A stretch of DNA of 51,928 nt, counting the filler, from Bipalium vagum (Eukaryota), in the NCBI GenBank assembly GCA_037834085.1. It is 3 parts of 3 records of this genome, joined end to end, with 100 filler letters (N's around TTAATTAATTAA, not from the genome) between each part and the next. Parts side by side here need not be neighbours in the genome. Positions count along the whole stretch, not along the records: positions 34,219 to 51,928 come from JBBMKC010054666.1; 2 more parts are not named here. One strand, 5' to 3'. Positions 38,042 through 50,957 of this stretch are shown piece after piece (position 1 is the stretch's first letter; each line of letters opens with the position of its first letter). The translations under genes were made by a program, and so were the position numbers. Below the pieces are notes generated by a model. The model saw only the letters and a list, made by a program, of their open reading frames with translations. It was not told the origin of the DNA and did no database searches.

Positions 38042-38941
38042 TCAGGTTGTAACAGTGAAATTTAGACATTTTAAAAAATAACAATTTATTGACAATTAAT
38101 ACATAACCATTACAGTTTATTCTTCTAGATAATCACCACCAATACTAATCACATGACGCCACTTTTGTTGCAAAGTTTCATTTCTCTGAGCATAAAATGA
38201 CTGAGTCTTTTCTTTGAAGAAAGTCTAAAGCTTAGTTTTTATATGTTCATTGTTATTGAATTTCATTTTGGCAATGTGGTTTTGCAATGACCGAAAGAGA
38301 TGATAGTCAGTTGGTGCCAAGTCTGGACTGTAAGGTGAATGAGGCAGAACTTTCCAGCCTAAATTTGCAAGATTTTCTGAGGTCATATTTGCTCTGTGTG
38401 CTGGCGTGTTGTCATGGAGATATCTGACTTTGTCAATTTGTGGACAAAGTTCTATGATTTTAATATTCAGATGATCCAACTGCTCACAGTAGAGTTCTTT
38501 GATAACAGTGATATTTGGTTGAGGCAATTACTTGATGATGACACCGCATACATCCAACCAAATACAAATAATTATTTCTGTGTCATCTGGCCTTTAGAAA
38601 TCGCAACAGCTGATTCGCTTGAACTTACCCATGATCGCTTGCGTGTCACATTGTAGTGGAAGACCCACTTTTCATCTGAAGTGACAATTGGGTTGAGCTA
38701 TTGGAATGTGCTGAAGTGATAAATCAACAGCACGCGGGTATTCTTCTTTTGACAGATTGTCGTTATCAGTCATATTTGAATGAATAATGAAGCTATTGAT
38801 GGATATTATTGATTTTTAAGTAGGTCACTAGTCTACAAATTATATAATTATATATCATAAATATTAATACTAAAAAAATTGTTTATTCAAGCTTTTTTTC
38901 AAAATAATTTGAAATGTATAAATTTTACTGTTACAACCTGA
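38042..38941 (-). mobile_element. Mariner DD34D element (elegans-like), N-terminal region deleted
   Basis: TA-flanked near-perfect TIRs TCAGGTTGTAACAGTGAAATT / AATTTTACTGTTACAACCTGA. IVTSDEKW and YLHDNTPAH...HSPYSPDLAPTDYHLFRSL with 34 residues between the two Asp. Confidence 0.95.
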
Positions 38942-39939
38942 TATATACTTAAGTTATCCAACCCCTTAATGGAATTGAAGCCTCATCATAACATATCAAT
39001 GAAAAGTTCACGAATTAACAGAAGATAGATCAAATTAAATATTTCCGTTAAATCAAAAATCAATATTGTACCCATGTAGGAAAAATAAAAAAGAAAATTG
39101 CAAAAGATAGGTCAGTCTTGACAAAAAGAGAGTTTTATTCTCCCTCAGATAAACATATCAAAACACACTAAAAGATGATTACTAAAATTAAATGGGTTGC
39201 TCACAATTTTTCACTTCATCTCATCTTAGCAAGTGCACCCTTTGACTATCACTTGTTTAATTTCGATATTTTTATTTTTCTTAAAAAATACGACTTTTGA
39301 TATGATATAAAATGAAACAGTGAAAGATCTTTTCATAAATTTAACACAAATTAAATTTTCTCTAAGAAATTGTAAAATGGTTCATATTTTATAATTGAAA
39401 TAATAAAACATTAATCCTCAAGTGTCATAAAAATCAAAAAATTTATGAACTAAAATTGCGACTCATCTGGTACTGTTTTCTGACTACTACTACAGCCAAT
39501 AATAATTATACTAGTAATAACAATAATATTATTAAATAAATTTGAATTATATATTATTTTAAATGTATTTCTTCGTATATTTATGTAAAATTTCAAAAAT
39601 AGGTAATTCAAATCATTACGTTGCTTCATACCTTTTTATTCATAAATTTCAAAGGTTTGAAATTCATAAATATTTTTTGAAGTAAAATTAGAACATGAGT
39701 ACAAACTTCTTAATATTACCATTTCCTTTATTTAAGACATTAATAATTAAAAATAAATTAACAATTCATTACATCATTTTTTATTTTCATTGTTGTGAAA
39801 AGACAGAATTAACGTACAAAAACAAAAACATCTGTAATAATACTGTAATTTTTCGATTAATTTAAAACAATTTAATTAGTGTTGCTAAAATTTTAAAAGA
39901 GAAATTGAATATTGTTAAGATTTGACCCAAAGAATAGTA

Positions 39940-40019
<80 letters not shown>
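39940..40019. repeat. (AAT)n microsatellite
   Basis: Perfect trinucleotide run. Confidence 0.97.
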
Positions 40020-40023
<4 letters not shown>

Positions 40024-40419
40024 GTTTCATTTTTAAAGCTTAGCAGCTTATTTTTGACGTACAAGGCTTTGATGTTGCTCTTGACAGAATTAGGGATAAT
40101 TTAATTATTTCTCCCTTCTGCTTAATTGGCAGAAAGGCAGATTAGTTTTATTCTTCTTTGAATAAGAGTCATTGAAATTTACCGAGTCGAGGTTTTTAAT
40201 AATATTAATGATAATATCATACCAATTCAATTTTCGTAATCTTGTTTTTCATTTACCAACATATTTATTAATAAACTTTGGAAACTGGGTGGACGTAATT
40301 AGATAGTTGAATTCACGGACCCATTGTGATCTGCCGTTTGTGGAGTGTATGCGACGTATATTAAAACACTGTTACTTTTGTAGTGACTCTTGAGACATTG
40401 TTGAATTGACTACTATTGA

Positions 40420-42050
40420 TGTTGTGTATATTGTGATTGAATAATGTTTAAGACTTAAGAATTTATTTCCTATGTTTCGAACATAACTTCTAGATTCTGG
40501 AGTCAGATAATTACGTACATGGTAATTAATTTAGTATTAACATATGAAATTCTGTAACAGTTAAAGATATATTGAACATCATGAAAAAAAATTTTTATAA
40601 AATAAAGTACCATAACACCCTCACGGGGTCGAAACATGCAATTCTATATTCATTGAGTTTATCAGATTTCTGAAGTTTCAAAGTTAAACGTTCTAACATT
40701 GTCGATATGAATTTCCTTTGGTCTTTCTAATCTCAGGATCCACTTTTATATCATCTTTTTATCGTCTCTTTATGATGTTTATTGATTGCAGCTAAGCTTA
40801 CATACCGACTGTATTGATTTATTATTCTGCATATATATTTTGCTCTTCCATTTCATAGACCATTCTTTCTTTCCACATTTGTGATAAAGCATGAGTCTTA
40901 TCCTGAATATTCTTTTATCTTTCAATTATCCAGATCTTCTCTTCTTTTCTTTTCCCTACATTGATCTCCACTTGAAATTTTTCTTGCTGTTCTCCCGAAA
41001 ATACTTTTTTATCATCTCAATTTATTCTACACGTCTTACAACTTACATCTATCTAGTTTCATTATCTGGTTTGTTTTTATTTTCTGTCTTTGGACCTTAT
41101 GTTGCGTTTGATATTGACTGAGTATTTCAAATTTTATTTAGTTAAATTACATTTGTATTTTTGTGATTACCATCCTCTCTTTAAATCAATTTTATTTCCG
41201 AACTACTAAAGTAGTTTATACATGTCTGGAACTACGATGTTATGGGCTTGTTTGGCATTTTCAAAAGTACAATAGCTTTGTGATATGTTCTTGGTGTGAA
41301 TTTTTAAAGTGAATAAAAAATGTTAAATCAGCAATACTCTTTCCTTGTGATGCAGTAACCTTTTTCGTTGGCTGATATTGCGTGTGTTACATATAAAATA
41401 GCTCTATAACTATTTCATTTCAATAACTATTTCTTTGTGTGTCCAGATTAAATGTCTTCTTTATATCCAGGAATCCTGGTAAAGACGCTTCCTTGCAACC
41501 ATCTGACTACACCAACTTCGTTTTCTTGATTCCACACAATTCTTCCATGGCCCTAATGAATGAATCCCTTCCAACAATTGCAAAATCCAGAAAGCCTCTT
41601 AAATTCATTACACATTTTTGGTTTACATCTATAAATATTTCTCGATATTTCCAAATAACAGTTTCTAGTTTGAAAGTTTACTCATTAAAATATCTACAGC
41701 TCTCTGTACTTTTTCAGAGTTATTACTTTTCTGCTCAAACATTGTGTCTATGTTGCAGATGCTGCAGGGTTTTCTTTTACTTAATTTTCTTCTTCAACTG
41801 TAGTTGCATATCTATTTTTCCAACGAGATCAGGCTGATGTCTTCCATTACTGTGATTTATACGATTTTGTTACGCTTGCTGATTTCCATGTTTATCTGTA
41901 TCTTTCCCAAAGGATCATTTTGATATTATTCGCACATTTCAACCAGTCTTCACTTCAGAGCTAGTTCTACATTATTTAACTTTCTGAAAATATTTTGACT
42001 CATCACATTTAATTTTGCTTCTGTCTCATAAGCATGGTATACGTAATAAT
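40420..42050 (-). mobile_element. Ty3/gypsy LTR retrotransposon remnant (RNase H and integrase fragments plus probable 3' LTR)
   Basis: Minus-strand YVTHAISANEKGYCITRKE and RTYHKAI...KPITS*FQTCINYFSS (RNase H), then IINQYSRYVSLAAI and WILRLERPKEIHIDN (integrase), in gypsy order. Purine run then TGTTATG...CACAACA (40617-40420). 5' boundary approximate. Confidence 0.8.
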
Positions 42051-42634
42051 ATGGTATACATCAACTCTTTTAAAGTTCACCTAATTATGAACAAGAAGTA
42101 AATAATGCTAAATAAGAAATTAATTCGGAAAGTAATATCGTAAAAATGTAATAAATAAAATGATGGAAACGGAACAGATTAAAAAAACAATTATTAGTAT
42201 TTAATGAATTGATAATCATTCTGAAGAAAGAGAAAGAATTTTAATCACATATTCGATATGTGGGAAATTCGAAAATGAATGTTGAGGAAAAGCCTCACTC
42301 ACATATTCACACAGGTTTTGGTCTAATTATTACGGATGATTGTAGTCTTTGTCAATTCTGATTTTATTTAAAATAATGCCCCGTAGATTTCTTTTTTCAC
42401 TCGATGTCGGTGAACAATAGACGTTTGTTATCTTGCCATCATCTTCTCGGCAAGAAAGAAGAAAAAGAGCCAAATATTTTTTAATAATATTATTTCTAAT
42501 AGAAAATAATTATATAAAGTTATTTAATTTTTTTTATTTTCATTTTTTTATAATAAACAAATCATTTGTTTTTTTGTTGGTTATTTACCTTTCAAAAAAT
42601 ATTTTTATCTATTATTCCGTTTTAATACGATTAC

Positions 42635-42636
<2 letters not shown>

Positions 42637-42697
<61 letters not shown>
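42637..42697. repeat. (TAT)n microsatellite
   Basis: Perfect trinucleotide run. Confidence 0.97.
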
Positions 42698-42700
<3 letters not shown>

Positions 42701-42773
42701 AATTAATTAATTAATAATTTCCAAATAATTAAAGTTTAGTTTTCAACAAAATAAATAATTTTTTCATTATTAC

Positions 42774-42922
42774 CAGGAGAAATAAGTTCTATTGTTGTTG
42801 ATATATGTCCGTATAAATTTGTTACTGAGCAGTTATATTCTCCGTAATCTTCATGAGAAACTTGATGAAAATATAAATAACTGATTATTCCCGCTAATCT
42901 CAGATCTTCATAAATCTTATTT
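42774..42922 (-). CDS. Kirre/Neph-like receptor, second half of the membrane-proximal Ig domain
   Basis: ttag|...g|gtaata. GIISYLYFHQVSHEDYGEYNCSVTNLYG carries the DxGxYxC Ig motif; 46-bp upstream intron. Confidence 0.92.
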
Positions 42923-42968
42923 CTAATATACATAAAATAAATATAAAAAGATTATATATGTAATTTAC

Positions 42969-43125
42969 TTTGAATTTGGTTTGATAGGAAGAGATTTTGG
43001 GTTTTTAAACCAAAGTATTTTTCCCTTTTCCGGCAAAGGAATGCTCAGTATATTACAAGGAAGTTTTGCAGGAAATCCAATTTCAGCTGAAATAAGCTTT
43101 TGATTGTTGATGATTTGTGGCGAAG
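42969..43125 (-). CDS. Kirre/Neph-like receptor, first half of the membrane-proximal Ig domain
   Basis: catcag|...aa|gtaaat. SPQIINNQKLISAEIGFPAKLPCNILSIPLPEKGKILWFK; phases fit both neighbours. Not in the ORF track. Confidence 0.9.
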
Positions 43126-43573
43126 CTGATGAAAAGATATTTATTTCTAGTAATATACTAATATAATTTCTTTTTTGTTAAAAAAGAATCATATATTTCA
43201 ACAAACGTTCACCCGTTTCTTACAAAGAAATACATTTCAAAATCGATAAAGATTTCATTTGGTTTAAATTTATTTAATTATTTTTTAATATAATTTATTA
43301 ATAATTCTTTATATAAATTTATAAATAATATAATTTAATAAATTTTCAATTTGATAGAAATAGAAATTTTATGTTTATGGTGACTTCCATATCCTAAATA
43401 TCTTTTAATGGATTTAATCAGAGATCAAAAGTTGGTACTAAGCTTATGAAATGAATTCTATACAATAATCTATTTTGAAATATTAAACTCTTGGAATAAA
43501 AGATGGAAAATGCTGAATGATTTTTGCTTTTTGATTGGATTTAAAATAAGTAGAAATTATAAAAATGATTATA

Positions 43574-44408
43574 TTATGTTTCTTCAAAAGAAATTGCCGT
43601 TTGATAATGCTCCACCATTGTTGTAATTTCGTTTAAATATATTAATTTATAAATATTAATCATTATATCAATATGAGGCTTATATTTCGTTTAATAAGGT
43701 AATGTATTTAAATTTAGTTTAAATTAATTTTAGTCTCTAGAAATCATGTCAAAAAATATGAGAAAATCGAAATCTTTTTTATACGAATTTAAAAACGGCA
43801 TTGGAGCAGGCGAGACAGTTTCTAAATTTAATGATACTTTTGGTACAGGTTCAACTAACTAACGAACAGCTCGATGATTATTTCTTTCAATTCCGTAGCG
43901 GAGATGAAAGTATGCAAGATAAAAAGCTCGGAACTCGACCAAAAGGACTGGATAATAATCTCTAAAAGCTGCAATCGAAGCTGATACACTGAAATCCACG
44001 CGTGAACTTGCCTGTGAACATCAAGTTAATCATGCCACAGCTGCGCACCATTTAAAGAAATAGGTAAGATGAAAAAATTAGATTCATGGATTCCCCAAGA
44101 ATTGACAGACAAACAAAAGTATTATCACTTAGAAGTCTCGTCTGTTCTTTTGCACAACAAAGTCGAAAGCTTTCTGGAACGTTTCGTAACATGTGACGAA
44201 AAAAGGCTCGTGTACGACAATAGGAAACGGATCTCCCGCCTACTGATTATCATTTTTTCAAACACCTCTTTCATAAATAACACTGTTTCACGATGGGAAA
44301 AGAGTGCTTAATAGAATGGCTGTTATTTTAATTAATAAAATTTTGTTGTGAGTCTTATCGTTTTAAAGTTCAATATCGAAAACGGCAATTTCTTTTGAAC
44401 CAACATAA
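43574..44408 (+). mobile_element. Mariner (cecropia/Hsmar1-like), internally deleted
   Basis: TA-flanked TIRs TTATGTTTCTTCAAAAGAAATTGCCGTTT / AAACGGCAATTTCTTTTGAACCAACATAA. FLYEFKNG, KKLDSWIPQEL and FVTCDEK...YDN joined directly to SPTDYHFFKH. Confidence 0.93.
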
Positions 44409-46144
44409 TATTTTTATTTCTTTTTATTAAGTACATAATAATAATAATAATAATCTGTTTTAGAGATATCTTATTTAAGTAATACATTAAAAATATCTAA
44501 AAAAATAGAAATGAGCACAAGAAAGGTTTGATTCATTGATCAAGATTTATTTCACATTCAAGAAAAAATTCTTTTCTAAACAAATATTTATTAATAAGAA
44601 AATGCTAATATCAGCGAATAATATTAATTTATATAAAAGAAAACACTTAAATTATTTTTTCGAGGAAATTTTGAAGTCTTTTGTACTAATGTATACAATT
44701 TGTTAATGTACTATTATTAATATAATATATTTAATAATATAAGAAAAATTAATTGACTTTGAAAAATAACGTTAATAAAACCAATTAAAATATTTAATAA
44801 ATGATCTGTAAAATTATATATTATATTACATTATAATATTTTATTCAATATGGCGAACTGTATTATTTGGTAAAATTCTTCTAAAACGGTGCTTCTGATT
44901 ATTACAATAAGCTCTGTTGTCAGTTATAGCCTAACTGTCTAGGAGCTGTACGATAACAATTTTGACCGGAAATTAAAAACTGAAATTAATGAAGCATGTT
45001 TGGTTAATTATTCTGAATTATCACTTTATGGAAGTCTATAAATCAATAATAATAATTATTATAATACTTTCCCAAATCTTTCAAGAGCTTGGAATTATCA
45101 TAAAACAATTGTTTTAAATTTTTAAAATATTATTGTCATTTATAACTTTGTCACATCAACCTTTTCAAAATTGTATTTCCCAATTAAATAATTTAAACAA
45201 ATTATTTCTAATATTGTGTTTTGTTTTTTCAGGAAAAGTTAAGAATGAAATCGTTATTCATCACTTTGTATATTTTCTTATTCAAAAGATGCTTTCCTTT
45301 ATCTATAGAGTTCGAACTGTTTTCCTTTCTTTATTTCTTTTTTATTTCACATAAAATATTTTTGTTAAAGAAATAAATTTTAAAAATCGAAAAATTAAAT
45401 TAAAAAATAAAATTAAGTTTTAACATATAGCTAAAAGATATAGATAAATTTGATTTTGAATGTTCTGTTAACAAAACTGATATTCAAAGTAATCTGTAGT
45501 AAAATAAATATTTAATTAATTTTAAATTCTTTATATAATCTCAAAAATATTGCGAGGGATTAACACTTCAAGTTTTCTTTAAATTTATTAATATCTATAA
45601 AACTGAAATAAATTAATAATCTTTAATTTGAAATGATTAAAAGAATTTATATTAAATATATAATTATATATAAAAAAAAATATATATATATATAATATAA
45701 AATTTATTATTACAATTGATTTATTTTATAATATTTAAAAAATTAAAGACAAGCCAATGGTTTTTATCAAAATATTTTACCTTAGCATTTTTGATGAAAA
45801 AACTGATAACAAAAATTGATAATTTTCTTATAACATTTCTTTCAAAATTACCGCTTAATATGAAGGTCCATATTTTGATAAAATGACATGATTAAATAGC
45901 TTTTTTGTCGATAAGAAGATAAATTCGATGAATAATAATTAAAATCATTAAAAATTTTCCAAATAATAATAATAATATATTTTATTAATCATTCTTACAA
46001 ACATATGTATATACAATTGTTAAGCTGGAATTTATATACTTTGGAAATTTATTTAAGTGATATAAATACAATTATTTATGATTTGCAATTATATTAAATT
46101 ACATTTTGCATATTAAATTATGAATTACACATTAATTAATTAAA

Positions 46145-47415
46145 TACTTACTCCATACCATAAAACCCCGATTTTTAAAAATTAATTATTATAATAATTA
46201 TATTATATATAATTATATTATAAAGAATGTGGTACATTAACATTTAAGCCTTTCTGCTTTTTAATTTCCGTTACTGTCAGAGATTGGCTTTCTCGGAAAT
46301 AAAATTCAACGTTTCAAGTTTCGTTGACCAGAAATTCTCTTTTAATGAAAACCACAGTTCGACAACATTTTTACATTTATTTCTAAGAACTCGCTTTTTG
46401 AGAGACGTGAAAAACCGATGTCGTTTGCATTTAAATCTGGAGACTGTGTTGGTTGGTTAATAGTGGTTATGCTGGAAACAAGACTAACTCCGAAGTCATT
46501 GAAGCGTTCAACATTATTCTTTCCAATGTCTGGGTCAGCATTGTCCATTTGCAGTCACATTCTGAGACGACCTGATTTTGTTAAAATTATAGGCATAACT
46601 TCAATGGTCATCAATTCATAAAAACTATTTGCCGTTTTTTATGCAATCAATTTTGTATGAGTCAACCTTATGATAATTTTTCGAAGAACGCTTTTCTGAA
46701 TCCTCCAGATACCAATCAATCCATTAAATCAATTTTCAACATCAGGCTTCGCAATACTTGTGAGAATCATGGATTACCTTTACTGAGTAGTGAATGTTTT
46801 TTTTGCGGACTACTGTCATGATATTGTTCCTGCTGGAAGGGATACTATTCAAACCACTTTTCATCTATGTCTACATGACCCTTCCATTTATGATGAAATT
46901 TCTGTCAACTCCATTTTAGCTTCTTCAATTTCTGGTCATCACTTAACAGAGTGAATGCTCTTCTGGAAATAAGTCTCATTCGTTCTTTTTGATAATTCTT
47001 TGAACACATGTATGTGGATTCTTAGTCTCCACAGAAATACACATAATGCTAAAGGATCTCCACTTCCGAATAGAATCCACAGCTCGTTTTCGTCTGTCAA
47101 CATATCCTTCGATATGCCTTCTTCCTGAACCACTCTTTCTGTCCAGAGTGTCTGTTTCAAAAAATTTCTTTCGTAAGTCATGTGCGTAATCTTTGTTAAC
47201 ATTGAATGCATCTCATAGACTTTCAATTGTATCGTACTGTGACTGTACTTTGCCAATTTTTATGAGAATTCTCTCATAGTGAATTAAGAATAATATTTTC
47301 TTAACATTCGATAGTAACATCTATAATAATCAATATTACATCAATTAAAAAACTAGACTTATAAATTCTTTTCTAAAATATATAAATTTGATTTTCTTAT
47401 CGTATGGAGTAAGTA
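46145..47415 (-). mobile_element. DD39D-like (plant-mariner/Stowaway-related) Tc1/mariner element, decayed
   Basis: Perfect 14-bp inverted ends TACTTACTCCATAC / GTATGGAGTAAGTA. Motifs LTDEN, VDIDEKWF, MILTSIAKP...FNGLIGIW and MDNADP...QPTQSPDLNANDIGF. Confidence 0.85.
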
Positions 47416-47596
47416 CTAGGGATACTAATTTAGTAGTAGTCTGGAAGGGATACTATTCATTATAACATTTATAACAATAACAAGTATTATAACAATAAAT
47501 TTAGAATACTTTGAATAGGCTTTAACTTCTTAATTACATTTTAAAAACTTTTTCAGAAATGAAATAAATGGAACACAAAAACGTTTATATATTTTT

Positions 47597-48250
47597 TTAC
47601 AAACAATTGTTTTCAGTCACGCCAAATCTCTTTACAAAAAAATCAAGCCAGCTTAGAACACTCTGGCCGAGACATTGTACAATATTGAAATCTGAATTTG
47701 TGTAATAATATTCAATCTTTCTACGCATTTTTTGACATTGTAGCTTGTATTCTTGTATACCAATCCTCAAAAATTCCTCCAAAATTCTTCACTCGGAAGA
47801 CAACGGGATACATTTAAAGGATTATCATGCTTCTCTAAAAAATTGATATTTTTTCTGTCAAATAGGCAATAACAAATTTTATATGTTGTAAGGTCTTTAA
47901 ATCTGGCCAAAAATATATGTATTTGATCATCAGAATAACAATCTTTAATTCTGGAATGATTTATATAATAAAAGCATTTTATCAGAAAAACACTTGAGGA
48001 CATGATTCCTATTTTGCAACCGAACTGTATTTGACATTACCATGGGTTGCAGAAAAGCCGATTGAATAATACATGTTATTTCAGTGGATATTAATATTTT
48101 ACTGAGTAAATTAAAACCCATAATCAATTTTAATCTACAAATTTTAACTGTTACCAAGCATAAATTCATCTTTAAAAATTTATCATATTCATGTAATGCA
48201 AAGGATTTCGTTTTTTTGTCATCGTATATTATATTGGATAATTATATCTC
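47597..48250 (-). mobile_element. Tc1-superfamily transposase remnant (FWPDL-type)
   Basis: Frameshifted FWPDL, then KNINFLEKHDNPLNVSRCLPSEEFW...LVYKN, resembling NPxNxPxxRPIExFW. Explains three short ORFs in the track. Confidence 0.65.
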
Positions 48251-48709
48251 CTTTTCGTTTATTTTAAATCAGAAGTTGAAATATATAATCATGTAGCAAA
48301 AAAATTTTGTAAAGTGAAAATATTATTTAATTTATTTTATATTAAATTTAAATACTATTTATAATAAATATTATTGAATACAGTAGTTTTTATTTGGGAT
48401 ATTTAAAATATTAAATCATATTTTTAAAACATTTTAATAAACGAAAAAATTTTTTAAAAATATATAATTTAGTAAGTTCAATGAAGTTGCTAAAAACATT
48501 TTTCAATGAAATAATTTAATTTATAATTGTTTTGTTAGTTGGAATGCTTCAGCCGATTAATTTCATTAATAAAGCCACCTAGTTATTATGCCATTAATAA
48601 GTCTTAATATTTTGATAAATTAATCAATAAATATAGAATGATCTTTGTTTCAAAATAATAATTAAAGTAACTTGTTTCAATTATAAGATATATTTTAAAA
48701 GCTTGTATT

Positions 48710-49070
48710 TATTTGAATCTCACTTCAGAAATGTGATGCTGTATGAGTTTCATCGTGGATTAAATGATGAGAAATATCTATGTAATATATCCGAATTTTG
48801 TATCTAAAAGCATAGTTCGCGCATGGTATTCTCACTTCAGAGGAAATAATTTCGATCTTGAGAATCTATCAAAGTCGAGTCATCCTGAAGAATTTGACAG
48901 CTATGCTTTGAGACAATTAATGAACTGTGGTTTGAAGACGATGTCTCGTGATTAGGTCAAGGTCTTGGAAAACATCACGGACGTTTTAACCAATTTAAAG
49001 TCTCGGAGTCTTGCATTGTTGGCTAGAGACCAGAAATGGATTCTCTATCTCAATACGGATAATGCAGTTT
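48710..49070 (+). mobile_element. Mariner 5' fragment
   Basis: HFRNVMLYEFHRG, WYSHFRGNNFDLENLSKSSHPEEFD and VARDQKWILYLN. Confidence 0.8.
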
Positions 49071-49079
49071 CCAAGAAGC

Positions 49080-50378
49080 TGAATTCACTTTATTAAACGT
49101 TTCTCAAAATCTTTGATGCCATTGTGTAGGCCAATTTGCCGAGGTCTGCAAAATAGCCAGTCACACCACTATTTGACGAAAATCTTTGTCCAGCAGGAAA
49201 TTTTTTCAGATTTCTGAACAGAAAAAAATCCAATGGGGCCAGATGTGGAGAATAGGGTAAGTGTGAAACTAATTCAAAGAGCAGCTTTTTAATTTTTTCC
49301 ATTGAAAATTTAGATGTATAAGCAGAAAAAAATTTTTCTTCGGCAGACCTTGACGTTTCTCACGAATGTACTGGAACAGTTTATCAAGTAGATATGCATA
49401 ATATAACCCATTTATCTTTTTCAAGGTCGTCTATGAAAATAATATCTTTAGCACTCAAAAAAAGGTAGATAGAATTTTTCCTGCTGAGGGAACCGTTTTT
49501 GCTTTCTTTGGAATTGGTTCATCCTTTGCTGTCCATTGCATTGATTAAATTTTTGTTTCCGGCATATAATGATGAAGCCAGGTTTCGTATACAGTCATAA
49601 ATCTATTTAAGAAATCTGGATGGTGTCGTATAAGCTGCAATCACTGCTCTGAAGTTGTTTTTTCTGTGGCGTTATCAGACGCGGTATCCATCATGCACAC
49701 AGCTTTCTCATACCAAATTCTTCATGTAAGATGTGGTGAACAAATGTTTTTGAAATGCCTGTAGCTTTAGCAATCTGAATCAATTTTAATCAACGGTTTG
49801 TCAACACAATCTTCTTGATACTTTCAACAATTTCCTTGGAGGTTGTTGTTTTTGGTCAATGAACTAGTGCATATTCCAAGTAAAAAAGTTGTTGATTGTC
49901 TTGATATTATTAGGAGATTTCTTTGTTCAAATAATGCATAGGCTGATAAAAATCTCTTTAAAATTCTATGAAGTTTGAAGAAAAAATCAGAATTACTTTG
50001 CAGTCGACACTGAAACAAAGAACAATGATTGAATACTTTAAATAAAATATTATATTTGGAATGTGACTTCCGTTTTTTTTCAACTAATATTAATATTAAA
50101 TAACTTAAAATGTCATCAATATTTTAGTTTTTACGTTATTGCATAATCGGTAACCACGTTGTTAAGGGACATTTTCACGCTGTACGATCTTGTCCCTTAT
50201 AACTGGTTTGACTGTAAATATGACACTTAAAATTCACATATTACTTAAACAACACTACCTATCTTAATGTAATTTTGAATTTTGATTACTGAATATTAGT
50301 TTTATAAAATATATATACAAAGGTTTAAATATGGCACCATCGTATTTATTACTTACCGAACTTTTCAACTCACCCTCA
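49080..50378 (-). mobile_element. Mariner (irritans/Himar-like), 3' TIR missing
   Basis: TA-TGAGGGTGAGTTGAAAAGTTCG end. HILHEEFGMRKLCA*WIPRL, MTVYETWLHHYMPE, PKKAKTVPSAGK and HLPYSPHLAPLDFFLFRNLK. Confidence 0.88.
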
Positions 50379-50615
50379 TATTGTCAGGTATTAGATCATT
50401 TGAGACAAACATTAATTAAGAAACGGCCGTCACTGCTTTGAATTATAATATATTAATTATTCACGGAGACAGGTGGTCAGACCTCAACTTTCGATTTGAT
50501 TTTAAAATTACGAAAATAAATTCCCACCAACATATTATTAAATAATTAAAATTTTAAAGTATTATTAAAACACTAAAATAGAAAAATGAAATCAAAATCA
50601 ATGATATATACCTAC

Positions 50616-50957
50616 CACCCTGTCCAACAAATACGACTTTCTGAACAGGACTAAAACTATCTGCTCTAGCTTGACAGACGAAGAGTCCAAATTTCTCTAC
50701 ATCTGTGACGGTGAATTGATATTTTTCGGACATCGATAATAAAGTCATGGAAGATGAAGACGGTAGTGAGTGGTCTCTTGGTGTTTTCTGAGATTCTATC
50801 AAATCTGGGTTGGCCATAATTTCTTTTGCCGAATACTTAGATTTGTACCAAGAGATTTTAGCTGGGGGATTAGAATCAGCTTTGCACTCCAAGGTAACAA
50901 TATCTCCGAAAAATGCGGCCTTTGTTTCAATTACAGGATCAACAATTATTGGAGAAT
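50616..50957 (-). CDS. Kirre/Neph-like receptor, Ig domain exon
   Basis: tttcag|...g|gtaggt, phase 1-1. YSPIIV...VTLECKADSNPPAKISWYK...FGLFVCQA. Confidence 0.92.

Noticed and set aside
40891-41837. Two + strand ORFs (76 and 132 aa)
   Set aside because: Antisense to the gypsy remnant.
42433-42699. Poly-Tyr ORF
   Set aside because: Translation of the (TAT)n microsatellite.
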